DNA from: Octopus vulgaris
Lineage: Eukaryota
Length of the DNA: 64,000 nucleotides
Reading direction: 5' to 3'
Assembly: GCA_951406725.2 (NCBI GenBank)
Contig: OX597834.1
Location: 44,330,001-44,394,000, forward strand
Shown here in pieces: positions 41,775-56,420 of the stretch. Each line of letters opens with the position of its first letter. Within the stretch, counting starts at the first letter, position 1. The notes below the pieces were generated by a model. It searched no databases, had not been told where the DNA came from, and saw nothing but the letters and a program-made list of their open reading frames with translations. Made by a program: the position numbers and the translations under genes.

Positions 41775-42779
41775 TATATATATTATATATATGTCTGTAT
41801 GTATATCTATGTATATATGTATATGTATATATATTTATGTATGTACATACATAAGTATATACATATATAGATATACATACACACACATACACGCATATAT
41901 ATATATATATATATATACACACACTCACACAAAAATACACAGACATATGCGTGCATACAGAAATGAGCTTCTTTAGTAAGACACCGCACCACCACTACGA
42001 CGACGACAACAACCGTCACCACCAGCGCCAACTCCAACACCACCACCAAGAAGAAGAAGGAGGAGGAGGAGGAGGAGGAGGAGAAGAAGAAGAAGAAGAA
42101 GAAGAAGAAGAAGAAGAAGAAGAAGAAGAAGAAGAAGAAAATAATATGAAGAATAACAAGAAGAACAAAAACAACAACACCTATCTTCATAATTTATTCT
42201 CATACATTTTTCTCATTTTATTTCTTATTCATCTTCTTAAACTATTGTCATTTCTTCACTTAACTTCATTTACTCCCAATTTTTCCATTTTTTCTTCTCC
42301 CACCCAACACTAACAACTCATTTACCTCCATTTTCTTTTTTCTTTCTTTATCTCTAAATTTTGTTGTGCTAAGTTTCATTGTTTCTATTATACTTGTAAT
42401 TGAGGATGATATCGGTCCTGTTACGCGGTTCTTCTTGTTGTTGTTGACTTTATTTAAATGTGGTTGTTGTCTTCTTCTTCTTCTTCTTCTTCTTCTTCTT
42501 CTTCCAATCAGGACTCACGCCATTAGCCACAAAGAATAATCTCTAATTCGAGCCTACTCCAAGCTAATAATGTGGCAACTTGAAGATCCACCCATCACAC
42601 GCGATAGACTGGCGGTTGCACGGACGCGAAAGCTACGTTGCTATCCTCATTCCGTAAACGGTGGCTTTTAACGGGTGGAGAGCTGAACTATCCTGGGATA
42701 CAGAGGATTCGCAATCTAGACTAGGGTCTGAAAGTTCACCACACCATAATGGGTTACACCATGATTCCTCTGCTTTGTG

Positions 42780-42973
42780 GCAGAAGTAGGAAGAAAGAAT
42801 GAGAGAAATTGTGGTGAAAGAGTTTAGCGGGGTTCACCACCTCTCCCCGCCGGAGCCACGTGGAGCTTAGGTGTTTTGGTCAATAAACACTCACAATGCT
42901 CGGTCTGGGAATCGAACCCGCGTTTTTACGTCCGCCTGTCCGCTGCCCTAACCACTGCGCCATTGCGCCTCCG
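42780..42973 (-). mobile_element. tRNA-derived SINE family D
   Basis: Reverse complement reads ggaggcgcaatggcgcagtggttagggcagcgg...ggttcgattccc. Confidence 0.85.
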
Positions 42974-44270
42974 CTGTGGTTGTTGTTGCCAGTGATGGTA
43001 CATTATCATACTTTTGTTGTTTAATAATAATTGAACTTCACACTAATTTCGACATTATTGTTCAAGCCCTTGGCAAGACCAAATTGAGTCCCTTCCACGA
43101 CCATCCGACATTGCAAGTTCAAACATTTATTATGAACTGTTTTTTCCTATCTGACCGCCTCATTCTTCACTTAGAATACGAAAAGAATTTTTCTAAACAA
43201 CAAAATCAATCAATTTTTAACCAAGAAGAAGAAGAAGAAGAAGAAGAAGAAGAAGAAGAAGAAGAAAGAAGAAGGTGGAGGAGGAGGAGGAGGAGGAGGA
43301 GGACGGGCAGGAGAGGAAGAGAAGAAGAAGGAGAAGAAGAAGGAATAGAAGATGAAGAAGAAGGAGGACGGGGAGAAGAGTAGAAGAAGGAGGACGGGGA
43401 GAAGAGTAGAAGAAGGAGAAGAAGAAGGTGGAAGAAGAAGAAGAGAAGGAAGAAGAAGAAAGAGAAGTAGAAGAAGAGGAAGGAGAAGGAAATGAGTAGA
43501 CAAAGAAGGCCAAGACGAAAAAGGAAATGAAGAGTAAGGAGGAGATGACGAAGAAGAAGAAGAAGAAGAAGAAGAAGAAGAAGAAGAAAGCTCAGTGCCC
43601 ACTTGACTTCATACTCTTAAAAAAGGGGTGGGGAGGCGAAGGAATGAAGTAAACCTGATTCTGGTGATAATAATATCCTGATTCCGAAGATAAAGTTTCA
43701 ATTTATTTCGAAAACAAGGAAGAGATTAGGAAAAAGAAAAGTGTGTTGAGAGGAAAATCGTTATCGTTTTACTGGCAACTATCTTAACTGATGACAGTTT
43801 GTCATCATATCTTGAACATTCACAGAATTATATTCTAAATTTGTTATTGAGTGAAAAAAATAATTCCCTTAAGAAATAAAAAGGCACCGCAGTGAAAGAA
43901 ATGTCTAAGAACTCTGCTAGAAAAACTCAAAGAGTACTTAATTTTATGCAATGTTTGTGTTGTTATTACTCATAAATCGACTCTATTTGAAGCAGTTCAT
44001 TATTACAAACAGTTCCATTAGTGAGCATTAGATTTATGCTTTTAATTCAGTCATACATAATGGGTTTCAGAAATTATTATGCAGATTTTCTGGGTTTTTT
44101 TTTCTTTTTTGTTCCTTTATAAGACAGAACGGTGTGATTCCAGTAAGATTTGGTTGATGTTGCTAACGGTTTTAGTGACCATGTAGACGCAGGTTCGTAG
44201 TTCTGTAAATTATTCAGTTTTGTTTAGGCTTTCAACTGGAAACTTCGTGATTCTTATCCAACGTGATATG

Positions 44271-44389
44271 GCTTACGGCCGTATCACGTCGGGAGCACCG
44301 GTTCTCGTCCGATCACCGAAGTTAAGCAACGTGGAGCCTAGTTAGTACTTAGATAGGTGACCGCCTGGGAAACCTAGGTACTGTATGTG
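44271..44389 (+). rRNA. 5S rRNA: Solitary 5S rRNA copy, probably a pseudogene
   Basis: GCTTACGGCCGTATCACG...GGTTCTCGTCCGATCACCGAAGTTAAGCAACG...GTTAGTACTTAGATAGGTGACCGCCTGGGAA...CTGTA. Box C has G>A changes versus the usual GGATGGG, and there is no T4 terminator directly after. Confidence 0.9.
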
Positions 44390-44400
44390 TCACACACTTT

Positions 44401-44805
44401 AGGCGTAGGAGTGGCTGTGTGATAAGTAGCTTGCTTACCAACCACATGGTTCCGGGTTCATTCCCAATGCGTGGCACCTTGGGCAAGTGTCTTCTACTAT
44501 AGCCTCGGCTCGACCAAAGCCTTGTGAGTGGATTTGGTAGACGGAAACTGAAAGAAACCCGTCCTATATATGCATATGTATATATGTATGTGTGTGTATA
44601 TATTTGTGTGTGTGTATATTTGTGTTTGTGTGTGTGTGTGTGTGTGTCCCAACATCATTTGATAATCGACATTGGTGGGCAAAAGTGACCGACAGAATAA
44701 GTACTAGTCTTACAAAGAATAAGTCCTGGGGTCGATTTGCACGACTAAAGGCGGTGCTCCAGCATGGTCGCAGTCAAAATGAGTGAAACAAGTAAAAGAG
44801 TAAAG
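44401..44805 (+). mobile_element. SINE family A immediately downstream of the 5S copy
   Basis: Head and tail match 12753-13126, with a small internal deletion. Confidence 0.9.
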
Positions 44806-46684
44806 ATTAAAGAGAGTAACAAGGAGTGACCTTGCTGACCCAATGGTGTTGGCCAAGGTTACATTGAACATGTTTACATTGAACACGTGAGAATTATTCA
44901 CCGTCTGTAAAATAGATACAGATGTTTTTTTAACAGATATACGAGACTTTTGCCCTCTACTCTTTTACTCATCACCGCATTGATACAATATCAATGTGTG
45001 TTTAAGATACTTTTCCATTTCCCCATGAACAGTTTCAAAAATGTCTCTTGACAATTACTTATGTCTGTCCGTGGGGCCACAGTCGCGATCTAAATGGCGT
45101 CATGCGTCAATGCTGCACCCGCCAAATTGATTACTAGCTTCAATAACTGAGCGCCTACACAGTCGCTCTATCAACCAGAATTATCATAAAAGGACGGATG
45201 CTCATAATTAGAATGCCGTTCTTTGTAGCTCCACACGAATAGAACTGAGCTGCGATCAACAAAACCCACAAACTTTATTGCTAATCAAGTTTAAACCCGA
45301 ATCTAAAAAAAAATTCTTCCCATCTAAAATTCTAGCAACATCATATACATAAGATGCACAAATCTCGTGGAAGTGCAAAGCCTTGCGTAACAAAACCCTT
45401 AGGAGTCATTTAGTAGGTTATCTAGGGTGTGATTAAAGGAGAAAGATGCAAACGGATGAAAATATTCCAAGATTTTCTGGAAGATTTAACTGGATGATCG
45501 TCTAAGAAGAAGTTTTATCGTACTTCCTCATTCTGTCAATATACATACTACCATGTACCATGTGTCAGGTTGAGTATTATAATCTTTACGTTTACATGAA
45601 GGAAGGACAATCCTGAAGGTCAATGTATTTGGTGACCTGGCTAGGAGATCTCCTATTTCTGTTCTGTCAACTTCTCTACACTTTGTTCTGAACAAATATT
45701 CTGAACTCACGATAGTTCTGTAGAACTCCACTTAAGGTACTTGCGTGAGAGATGATTAGGTCTATAAAAAAACAAGCAGAGCTCGACAACATCAGAATTA
45801 GAACGCAAAGGTCCGGAAATAACACTGCAAATCACCCGAACTGACGATCTTCTAATTCTGTTAGTCATCGCCCTTGACTGGTGAATTATTTGTCTCTCCC
45901 GGAAGGATAACATGCAAGTTGATCGTGGCGGGATTTGAACTAAAAATACAGGGAGACAATAAGTATCACAAGGTATTTCGTCTGATGCTATTATACTTTT
46001 ATCAATTCGTCTCTTAGAAAAAGAAATCCCCGTCCTCAAATTGATATGCAAATTATTCGACCAAATTTGCGCTAGTTACGGTGTCCATCACCAAGTTTTT
46101 TCGCAGAAGTTTCAAGTCTCAAGGTAATTCAAGTCGAAGCCATATTGTCAATCGAAATCGAATTACAGGATTGAACTTGTATTGGAGCAGCGTGGGGTGT
46201 GAGGGGGTGGGTGGGGGTGGAAACTACGGCAAAAACAAGACTAACAATAACTTGACCTGATTTATCCTAGATTCGTGACAGGGAGACCGAAATCTTCCTT
46301 CGTGTCCCTGCAACTCAATGCTTTATGAGACGCTACACGTAATAAATTATGTCTCTTATTTACATGTCAACAAATAAGAAGCGTCCTACAACTATATTTA
46401 GATTCGTTAATAACCAACGCCGTCATATATCAGCGAGTTGTCATCTTGACTTTAATAATAACGATCGCTTCCTAATGAATCAAATATCTTTCCACATGAC
46501 CACCATTTTACAGGTTCAGTTTCTTTAAAGAACAACAAAAGGAAAGAACAGCAACAACAATAAAAAAACTAATAAAAAACAACAATTATCTGATTTCTTT
46601 TAAGGGCGAAGGAACTGATATGTCATAAATAAAGTTATACTGGAATTAATATACTCGTCTCTCCTTATATTATATCTATCTGTA

Positions 46685-46825
<141 letters not shown>

Positions 46826-46828
46826 ATT

Positions 46829-46868
<40 letters not shown>

Positions 46869-46966
46869 GATGTAAATGTGTTTATTTATATATATGAATA
46901 TATACGTATATATGCATATATATGTATGTATATGTGCATATTTATATATAGTTATATTCATATATA

Positions 46967-47031
<65 letters not shown>

Positions 47032-47470
47032 TGTTATGCTTGGGGACGGTCATCTTTTCCAATTAAACACACGCACTATATGTTTGGTCTTCACTTTAGC
47101 TTTATAATTATTTTAGATTCTTTGTCACGCTCACAAACATATCTCTGTTTGCAAGTGTATGTGCGCGTGCGCAGTGTGTACTGTAACGACAACATCATAG
47201 ATAGACGGTCACAAGTTCAAATACAGAGGTTGGACTGAGCCATCTAAGTTCCTACTAATATATAACAACATCTAAATTTCAAGAAATATATCAGTGTCTC
47301 GCATCGAAAGATAAATGTTGCCGTCCTTCACACGTACGCGACTACCAGGGGACTAATTTTGCTGATTAATTACATTTAATTATTTCATTCCTAATGAGTA
47401 AATGGCAATATCTGTTGGTTTTGACAGACCTTCGAACTTCAAATGACGAGATTAAAATACTGTAAATAAT

Positions 47471-47643
47471 TACCGTCTTTTAACGTGTAGAAAAAAAAAC
47501 CCTAATTTTGGTGGCGTAAAATTTGGTAAAAAAAAAAAGGGTTTTGTAAGGGATTATAATACTGTCCATGTATAAATAACTCCCATATTTTTTTTACCTA
47601 ATTTTTGACAAAAAAGGGTTCCTTGTAAACGTTAAAATACAGT
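47471..47643. mobile_element. Tc2/pogo-type MITE
   Basis: Imperfect TIRs ta-ccgtcttttaacgtgta / taaacgttaaaatacag-t. Confidence 0.5.
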
Positions 47644-47684
47644 CCATCTGTACAGTGTGTTTTCTGGTTATACTTATTTCAAAG

Positions 47685-48085
47685 GCTGCGAGCCAGTAGA
47701 ATCGTTAGGATGCCGGGGAAAATGCTTAGCGGCATTTTGTCCATATTACTTCCTGAGTTCAAACTCTACTAAGGTCAACTTTACCTTCCATAAAACAAGT
47801 ACCAGCTGAGCACTGGTAATCAACTTACGCCCGCAAAAAATTACTGGCCTTGTGCCAGTAATTTTGGCGGGTGTAAATGTATTATTTATTTCTCACGTTG
47901 GCAATCTCGGCCACACATATACATGATATTATTTCTATTTTCGTACATAAATTATAGATCTTCATAACAGTGATTAAAGATTCCATTCACATATTAGAAT
48001 TCCTTATGCTCAGAACGTAGAGACGGACGAAAATACCGCAAAGAACATTGTTTGGTGCGCAAACAATTCTGCCAGCTGAATGCCT
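47685..48085. mobile_element. SINE C (+ 47685-47860) and SINE C head (- about 47995-48085)
   Basis: Family C sequence match. Confidence 0.7.
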
Positions 48086-48309
48086 TTGAAACAAGTATTG
48101 TCTGACAAACATATTGGACAGGTGTAATTATTTTACAGCAGGTAAAGGGTTGAAAGGGCAGCATATGAACTTGCTTCGTTAAGTACAATATTTTAGAGCC
48201 GGTTTTTAGTTCTCCTCTTACATCATGATGAAGTGGATGCCACAAAAGTAATTTGGATGTTCCCAGTTTAGGATGGTGCACACACGGACCAGATTATCGC
48301 AGCAAGAAT

Positions 48310-48423
48310 GACCGATAGAATAAGTACCAGGCTTTCAAAGAATAAGTCCTAGGGTCGATTTGCTCGACTACAGGCGGTGCTTCATCATGGCCGCAGTCAA
48401 ATGACTGAAACAAGTAAAAGAGT
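48310..48423 (+). mobile_element. SINE family A, 3' end
   Basis: accgatagaataagtacc...aagtaaaagag. Confidence 0.85.
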
Positions 48424-48438
48424 AGAGGATTAAAAGAG

Positions 48439-48590
<152 letters not shown>

Positions 48591-48674
48591 CATACATACA
48601 TACAAAGAAGTATAAGTATAAATATATATATACACATACATACATACATACATACACGCACGCACGCACACATA

Positions 48675-48710
<36 letters not shown>

Positions 48711-49004
48711 TGTATGTATGTATGTACATATATATGCTTACTCTATTATGGAACCACACTTCTGTATTTAAAGAAATAATTAGTTTTAATTATTAGGTAT
48801 TATAGAGATTCTTTGTAATGGTTCGCTGTGTATAGTGATGGATATCGGTTAATAACGATGTAGATATATGCATATGTAGAAACGCATGCATGCACACACA
48901 GACACACACATACACACATATATGGAGAAAGAGAGGAAGCATAGAAGAAAAATGGCATGCAGAGAAATATATATATATATATATACTTCTATTAACAATA
49001 ACCT

Positions 49005-49039
<35 letters not shown>

Positions 49040-49198
49040 ATGTATGTATATATATAAATATGTATATATATGTATATATGTAGTATATATATATATGTAT
49101 GTATAATTGTATATATATATATATATACATACATCCATATATATATATATATATATATACATACATACATATATATACATATTTATATATATACATAC

Positions 49199-49347
<149 letters not shown>

Positions 49348-49877
49348 GTATACATATATATATTTATATTTATATATAAATATTTATATAAGGATCAATA
49401 AAGAGACGATACAATGTGAAATAGGATAAAAATCTGAAATGTAGAGAGAAAAGGTAAGAGAGAATGAGCGGAGAACAGGTTGAGTGTGTTTAATCGAACT
49501 CATTAGCATCAATTTACTAACATTATTATGCAACAGAGAGACGCTAAATATCCGAACAACAAACAAGCTAACTGCCAAAAGCACTGAACTCTACATGAAA
49601 AGATACTGGAATGGAAAACATTAATTAGATGAAGTATTCAATTTTCAAATTTAATAATAAACTTTCTTAACGCTTTTTTCTTTCGTTTTCGTTCTCTTCT
49701 TTTTTCTTTTTTTTGTTGCCAATGTTTATTGATTCATTCTAAATGAGGAATTAATGTAGATATACGTTGTTTCTAGTCCATTAGGAAATAAATATAATTA
49801 CGCACGTATACATATATATATATATATATTGTATATATATATATATGTATATATATATTATTTATATATATATATAT

Positions 49878-49969
<92 letters not shown>

Positions 49970-49970
<1 letters not shown>

Positions 49971-50100
49971 CCTTCGCCATGATAGATCGCTAGCCACTAC
50001 ACATTTTCTCTCCTTGTTTCTCCTGTGTTCCTTTCTGTGGAAGAGCGTAGGCTCGAAACGTTAAAGACTTTTTAACTTCCCGAGTGTTATACCAATACTT
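49970..50100 (+). mobile_element. Penelope-like fragment with hammerhead-like variant, embedded in (AT)n/(AC)n
   Basis: CTTT-CTGTGGA-A-GAGC-GTAG-GCTC-GAAA-CG-TT-AAAG at 50031-50066. Homologous to 28720-28825 (-). Confidence 0.7.
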
Positions 50101-50124
50101 ATATACACACACACACACACACAC

Positions 50125-50173
<49 letters not shown>

Positions 50174-51522
50174 TTACATCGTTGCTATTGTGTCAAACTG
50201 ACGTATGGCCAAATTCGGCCAAATGCATGATTTTTTAATATTCATTTTTGCTTGCATTAGCCGCTTCTTCTGGTCAAACTCTCGTACCTCCAGCTGCTTC
50301 AGATGCCAAGATATCAAAAATTGTCAAAGCGTAGTACAACGGTTTTGCTATGGAATGATTGAAGTATTCTTTCGTTTTCTAAAAAACAACCAACGTTTTG
50401 GACTTACGACACTTTTGCATAATAGCAACGATATATATATATATATATATGCACGTCTGTACGCATATATTTTCAGTGTTGAGAGAGAGGGAGAGAGAGA
50501 GAGAGAGAGTGTGTGTGACATACATATATTGATACATAGATACATAAAAACTGAAATTGCAAAATAATTAAATATTTTATAATTGAAGAAGCGATAACAT
50601 TTTGTTCATTTTCCTTTTCAGATATTTTTATGGCGACCAACGTCACTCTTGCTGTTGATAATAATGACTACGACGACGACGACGACGATTTTGATATGAC
50701 TGTACTGCTAGTGGCAGTATTGGTGGTGGTGGTTATGATGGTGGTGGGGGTGATGGTGCTGGTGGTGCTGATGGTTGTGATGATGGTCGCAGTGGTGGTG
50801 GTGATGGTGATATTAATTGTGGTGGTTGTGATTATGATGAGGAGGATGATGATGATGGTGGTGGTGGTGTTGATGATGGCTGTGGTGGTGGCAGCGGTGG
50901 TGGTGATGATCATGATCATGATGATTACAATGGTAGTGATGATAGCGATGGTGATTATGGTGATGGTGATGATGATGGTGACGATGACGATGGTGATGTT
51001 GATGATGATGACGATGATGATGATGATGATGATGATTATGTTGATGATGATGATGGTGGTGTTGGTGATGATGATGGTCGTGATGACGATATCGGTGTTG
51101 AGGACATCAGCATGTTGTTGCTACTGTTCGCTGATGTTGTTCGTTTCGTTGTTATTGTTACATCACTTCACCCTTTAACCTGAGAGGAAAATAAAAACTA
51201 CTACAAATGCGAAGCCACTGTTACAACAACAACAACAACAACAACAGCAACAGTAGTAGTAGTAGTAGTCGCCGTAGCAGCAGTCTGTATCATAACAACA
51301 ACAACAACAACTAAAAACAGCACCTTTTACACCAAATACACTAACAGTAATAATAACAACAAGAACAACAAATAAACGATTAAATAAATAGCAAAGAAAG
51401 CAGGAAATTACCAGAAGCCTAACCAAATAAACCAATCCGAAGAGGACTTCAACAACAATTACAACAACATCGACGGCAACGACAACGTCAACAACAATAG
51501 AAATATATATATATATATAAAC

Positions 51523-51565
<43 letters not shown>

Positions 51566-51735
51566 AACAACAACAACAAAAACTCGCTAACACCTCCAAC
51601 ACCCTCAATAAAAGCAGCAATCATTGCAACATCAACAACATCAATATGACGTAGGAGAAGAAATAATTTTTAAAAAATTATCAAAAACTCCAATAAAATA
51701 TCCATCATAATCAACAGAAGAAAAAATATGACATG

Positions 51736-51768
<33 letters not shown>

Positions 51769-52344
51769 TTTCCTTTTTTTCCCCAAAATATGTCCATATG
51801 AGTTGTTAAGTTAAAATTGACAGTAATTAAATGAAAACTATAATATATATCAGCTTCTGGCGTACTGGAAAAATAGCTTCATTTGCTTACAAATTCTTTC
51901 GATTTTTATTCTTTTTCACTTTACATGATATTGTTGCTGTTGCTGTGGTTGTTGTTGTTGTTGTTGTTAGCGTTGGTATTGGGGTTCGCCATGGTGCTTC
52001 GTCTCGATTTGCTTCTCTTGTTAGGTTATGTATATAGCTTTTTATTTTTTCTTCTTTACATTAGGTCCTTTTTTGTTTTTTAAATAATATTTATTCTATC
52101 TTATTATTATTATCATCATCATTATTATTATCATTATTATTATTATTATCATTATTATTATTATTATTATTATTATTGTTATTATTATTTTGCTTTTAGT
52201 ATTTGGTTTTACTTTTTAATTATCCTTGTATTCATAATGTTTCCGCTTTTCAAAATATTTGACTAGTCCTGTCGTGTTACTTTGTGACATGCAATTGAAC
52301 CGACATGCAATTGTTTTCTCTGTGTATGTTGATGGTGTGTACAT

Positions 52345-52388
<44 letters not shown>

Positions 52389-52545
52389 GGTGTGTGTGTA
52401 AAGGTGTGTGTAAAGGTGTGTACGCGAAATGTCTGACTATGCGAGACGAACAAATTACGTTTGTGTGTGAGAGCCTGTGTGTGTATGCGTAGACGCACAC
52501 GATCACATATGTATAATTATAATGTTTATATACGTACATGTATGC

Positions 52546-52590
<45 letters not shown>

Positions 52591-55176
52591 AACGACTCTG
52601 AAATTAATTCGCTCCCTAACGGCAGATCGGTGAAGCAGTTTGAGTTGATAGAATACAAAAAGGAAACTGGAAAAATTCATTAATAAAATAAAATATGGAC
52701 AAGCAGTTTTTACAAATCAATTTGAATAACTGTATTTCCATGGATGCGAAAAGAAAACATAATTAAAAAGCTTTACAAACTGAGCACCGTAGTGCATGCA
52801 GTAGAACTGCAACATTGCAAATCCGAGCCCTAGTTTCAATTCCCCTTCAATCAATTTGGGTCTACTTTTAACACACTGGATATGTGGATGGGTATGTACC
52901 GGGTTTCGGATCCTGCTTTTCGCTCTTTTCTTCAACAGGTTTAGCGTGATTGGATCTGCTTTGATTTCAAGGTGTTTAACATTCTTCAGCCATCGCAATA
53001 ACTACATGGTGCTCGCGTTATTCTGATCGGTTACTCTCATGCTAGAGTGATATAGAATCTCACATTCTATTGTCGAGGCATTAAACAAATGTATGTTTAA
53101 TGCATGTTTGGACACTCGTAAGAGACACTCATATGAATCAACAGCTCCTGAAATCCACGGAGACTTATCATCAATGAATTGCTCATTTTCTAATTCGAAG
53201 ACAAGAAGCACGGTTAATGTAGTGATATTCTTTTACAGCTTTCATTAATCTTCTAACTATCGTCATGTTGGATCAAGAGTTCAAGTGTTTTGGAGATTAT
53301 ATCTATCCAACAACTTTGTCTTCTATTCAGTTTAACCCACCGTATAAGGTACGAAGAAAAAGTTGATATGTGTATAAATGGACGTTACTACGAACTAGAT
53401 ACTGCTGTGCTTTGCACTGTCTTTTCTTTAATGGCTAGGGTTTTACCTCGAGCAATGCAGCCATCGTAATTTACTTTCAAGAAATGGTCGACGGCATTGT
53501 CCCCGCTATGTCGTCGGCTGTATTATTTTTCCTCCTGTTTTTCTCTTCTACTACGGCTCTGCCAGAATTTATAACTTCTAATTTAATAGCATTTCTCTGA
53601 AGTCCCCACCATTGCTTGTTAACAATTGATCCTAATTCCCTAGCTCGGGCTTGTGCGCCTGGAGCGACACGTTCAGCCTTCAGTAAACGTATCCTGCTCA
53701 GATGCCATCCAATGTAAACATGCAGATCAAAATGTATAATTTATGTACCCAAGTACTTCAAACTGCCGACATCTAGTCTATTGGTTAGCTTACATGGAGA
53801 CGATACACGAACAAGATCCTTCGCTACGGTCGGTCGAAGTCCAAATCGGAACATTCGGGAAATCCAACCCGAAACCGTCTGAACATTTGCACCTCATCTT
53901 TTATTTCCTTTCATTCAGGTTTTTACGGAAGAGGAATTAGGGCCAAAACACTGAAGATTCCACTGTCAACAATAATTTCATTCTACTCGTGTCGTGGCTT
54001 CATATATATATATATGTGTGTGTGTGGTGTCAGTGTGTGCGGTGTCCGTACATGTGTGTGTATATGTATACACACACACATATATATATGCACGCATATT
54101 TAATATATATGTGTTTAATACATATTACATATGTATATAAACATACATATCTTTATACATACATATATATATATATGTATATATACATGTATATATACAT
54201 ATATGTGTATATACATATCTATATATACATACATATATATATACACTTATATATATACATATATATACACACACACACATATATATATACATATATATAC
54301 ATGTATGTATATATATATATATATCGTGATATATAGATAAATTGATTGATAGATAATGGGGATTTGTATGTATGTCATTTTCTTTTACATATACAAGCAC
54401 ACACACACAGAGTCTCATACACAGACTCACCATAGAGACATAGGCACCGTGTAAAAGGAGACCAAACTCCACTGATTCCAATCTACACACAACCCAATCA
54501 GAGAGCTCTCAGTGTCCTGGGATTGCTGTTCTATAATATAACATGGTCTAACATATTCGTCTTTGTCAAAGAACTCGTAGTTTCATTACGTAAATCGCGA
54601 AATTGGTGGAGCAGGCAAGGGCAAGGGGGGGTAATGGGGGAATAAAGTGAAGAGGAAGGAGACGGAGAGGTGTCTCTGTTAGGTTGGTTGAGGGGGTGGA
54701 GGAGAGAGAAAGAAAGAGAGAGAGAGGGGAAGAGGATGGAGAAAGCGGGAGATTGTCCCATAATTCCATGTATTATGCTTGTAGTCATCAATCACTCCTT
54801 TAACAAGCCAATAAACGACACTGTCACCATTAACATCGCCACCGCCGTGGCCACCTCCATCGACAAGACACCAATTGCTGTTGTTGCTGCTGCTGCTCCT
54901 GCTGTTCCCCCCCTGCTGCTAATAGCATTACTGCCTCTACCCCCACCCCACTTCTTTGTGGCAGTTTATCAAAAGGCCATCGCCACTCCCGCCGCCACCA
55001 TCACCAACACTGCTACTACAACAACAACAACAACAACAACAGCAACAATAATTGCTACTACTACTTACTACGACTACTTATTCGTTTTTCTGTCTCACTC
55101 GAAATAGCAGCACTCCTGACGTTGCAGCCATTTTCAGCTTTAGCTACTAATACTATAATAATAATAATAATAATAA

Positions 55177-55428
55177 TAAATGCGCCCTTTTAAGGCCTAG
55201 CCAGGCTCATGGGCCCGGTTTCCTGGTTTCAATGGCGTATGTGTTCCCCGACTGGACGGGACGCCAGTCCATCGCAGCGTTACTCATTTTTGCCAGCTGA
55301 GTGGACTGGAGCAACGTGAAATGAAGTGTTGTGCTCAAGAACACAACGCATCGCCCGGTCCAGGAATCGAAACCACAATCTTAAGATCATGGTGCTGACA
55401 CCCTAACCACTAAGCCACGCGCCGCCAC
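55177..55428 (-). mobile_element. Full-length SINE family B with (TTA)n tail and 12-bp TSD
   Basis: TSD actaatactata at 55146-55157 and 55429-55440. Confidence 0.92.
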
Positions 55429-55844
55429 ACTAATACTATACATTACTAATATTATTCCTTTCTACTCTAGGCATAAAGTCTGAATTTTTCACTCACTAAA
55501 CATTCACAACACCCGTTCTGGGAATCGAAATATTATTATTAATATTATTAATAGGCTTTAAAATATATTCCTTTCTATAATAGAATTAAATATTTACGTT
55601 TTACTTATTGTTTTGCACATTATTTAATCATCGTTATATTTTTAATCTTATATTTAATCTTTCTATTATATGTAATTTTCTAGATGGTGTAATTTAATTT
55701 TTCATTTTGAATTGATAAACAGTGTTTTTTTTTCTAATTCATATATATATATATATATATATTATATTTTGTGAAATTTGATTTAGTATTTCTAAATTGA
55801 AATTTTCCCTGTAAGTTTGCAATAATTTTCCCTCATATATATAC

Positions 55845-55897
<53 letters not shown>

Positions 55898-55919
55898 TGT
55901 CTGTATGTGAATATGTGTG

Positions 55920-56112
55920 TCTCTGTCTGTTTGTGTTTGTGCCTGTCCCCCGCCTCCGCATGACGACCTCTGTTCGTGTGCGCCTACGTACCCGTAACTT
56001 AGCAGTTCGACAAAAGAAACTGACAGAATAAGTACTAGCCTTCTAAAAAATATATTTACCTGGGATCCACTCATTCGACTAAAAATTCTCCAAAGCGGTG
56101 TTCCAGCATGAT
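55920..56112 (+). mobile_element. Diverged SINE family A, 3' half
   Basis: ccgtaacttagcagttcgacaaaag...gcggtgttccagcatg. Confidence 0.7.
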
Positions 56113-56420
56113 CTTGGAGTGACCCAGAATGACCATACAACATCAGATGGAACTACTTAAAGTGTAAATGAGTTAAACATTTAAACTAACTTACTTGAAT
56201 AAAATGACGTTTTATTTATATGACGTTCGAAAACTCATAGTTAAGCAGTTTGATTCACGAAGGTAAGGTCCGACTTCGATTTCCGGATCGCATGTTTTGT
56301 TGTGTTCTTAGGGAAGACATTTCGTTTCAGGTTGTTCTAGTTCATTTGGTTAAAAACGAGAGACATCTGCGACAAGGCGACACTCTGCAGATGGTTACAC
56401 CCAAATATTGCAGTCAGAAG

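Noticed and set aside
46193-46220. G-quadruplex-capable G runs (also 24519-24565)
   Set aside because: Expected by chance in such low-complexity DNA, with no functional context visible.
50610-51178. Acceptor-like ttttccttttcag followed by a Met/Val-rich 182-aa ORF
   Set aside because: Degenerate (GAT/GGT)n repeat with no donor or homology evidence.
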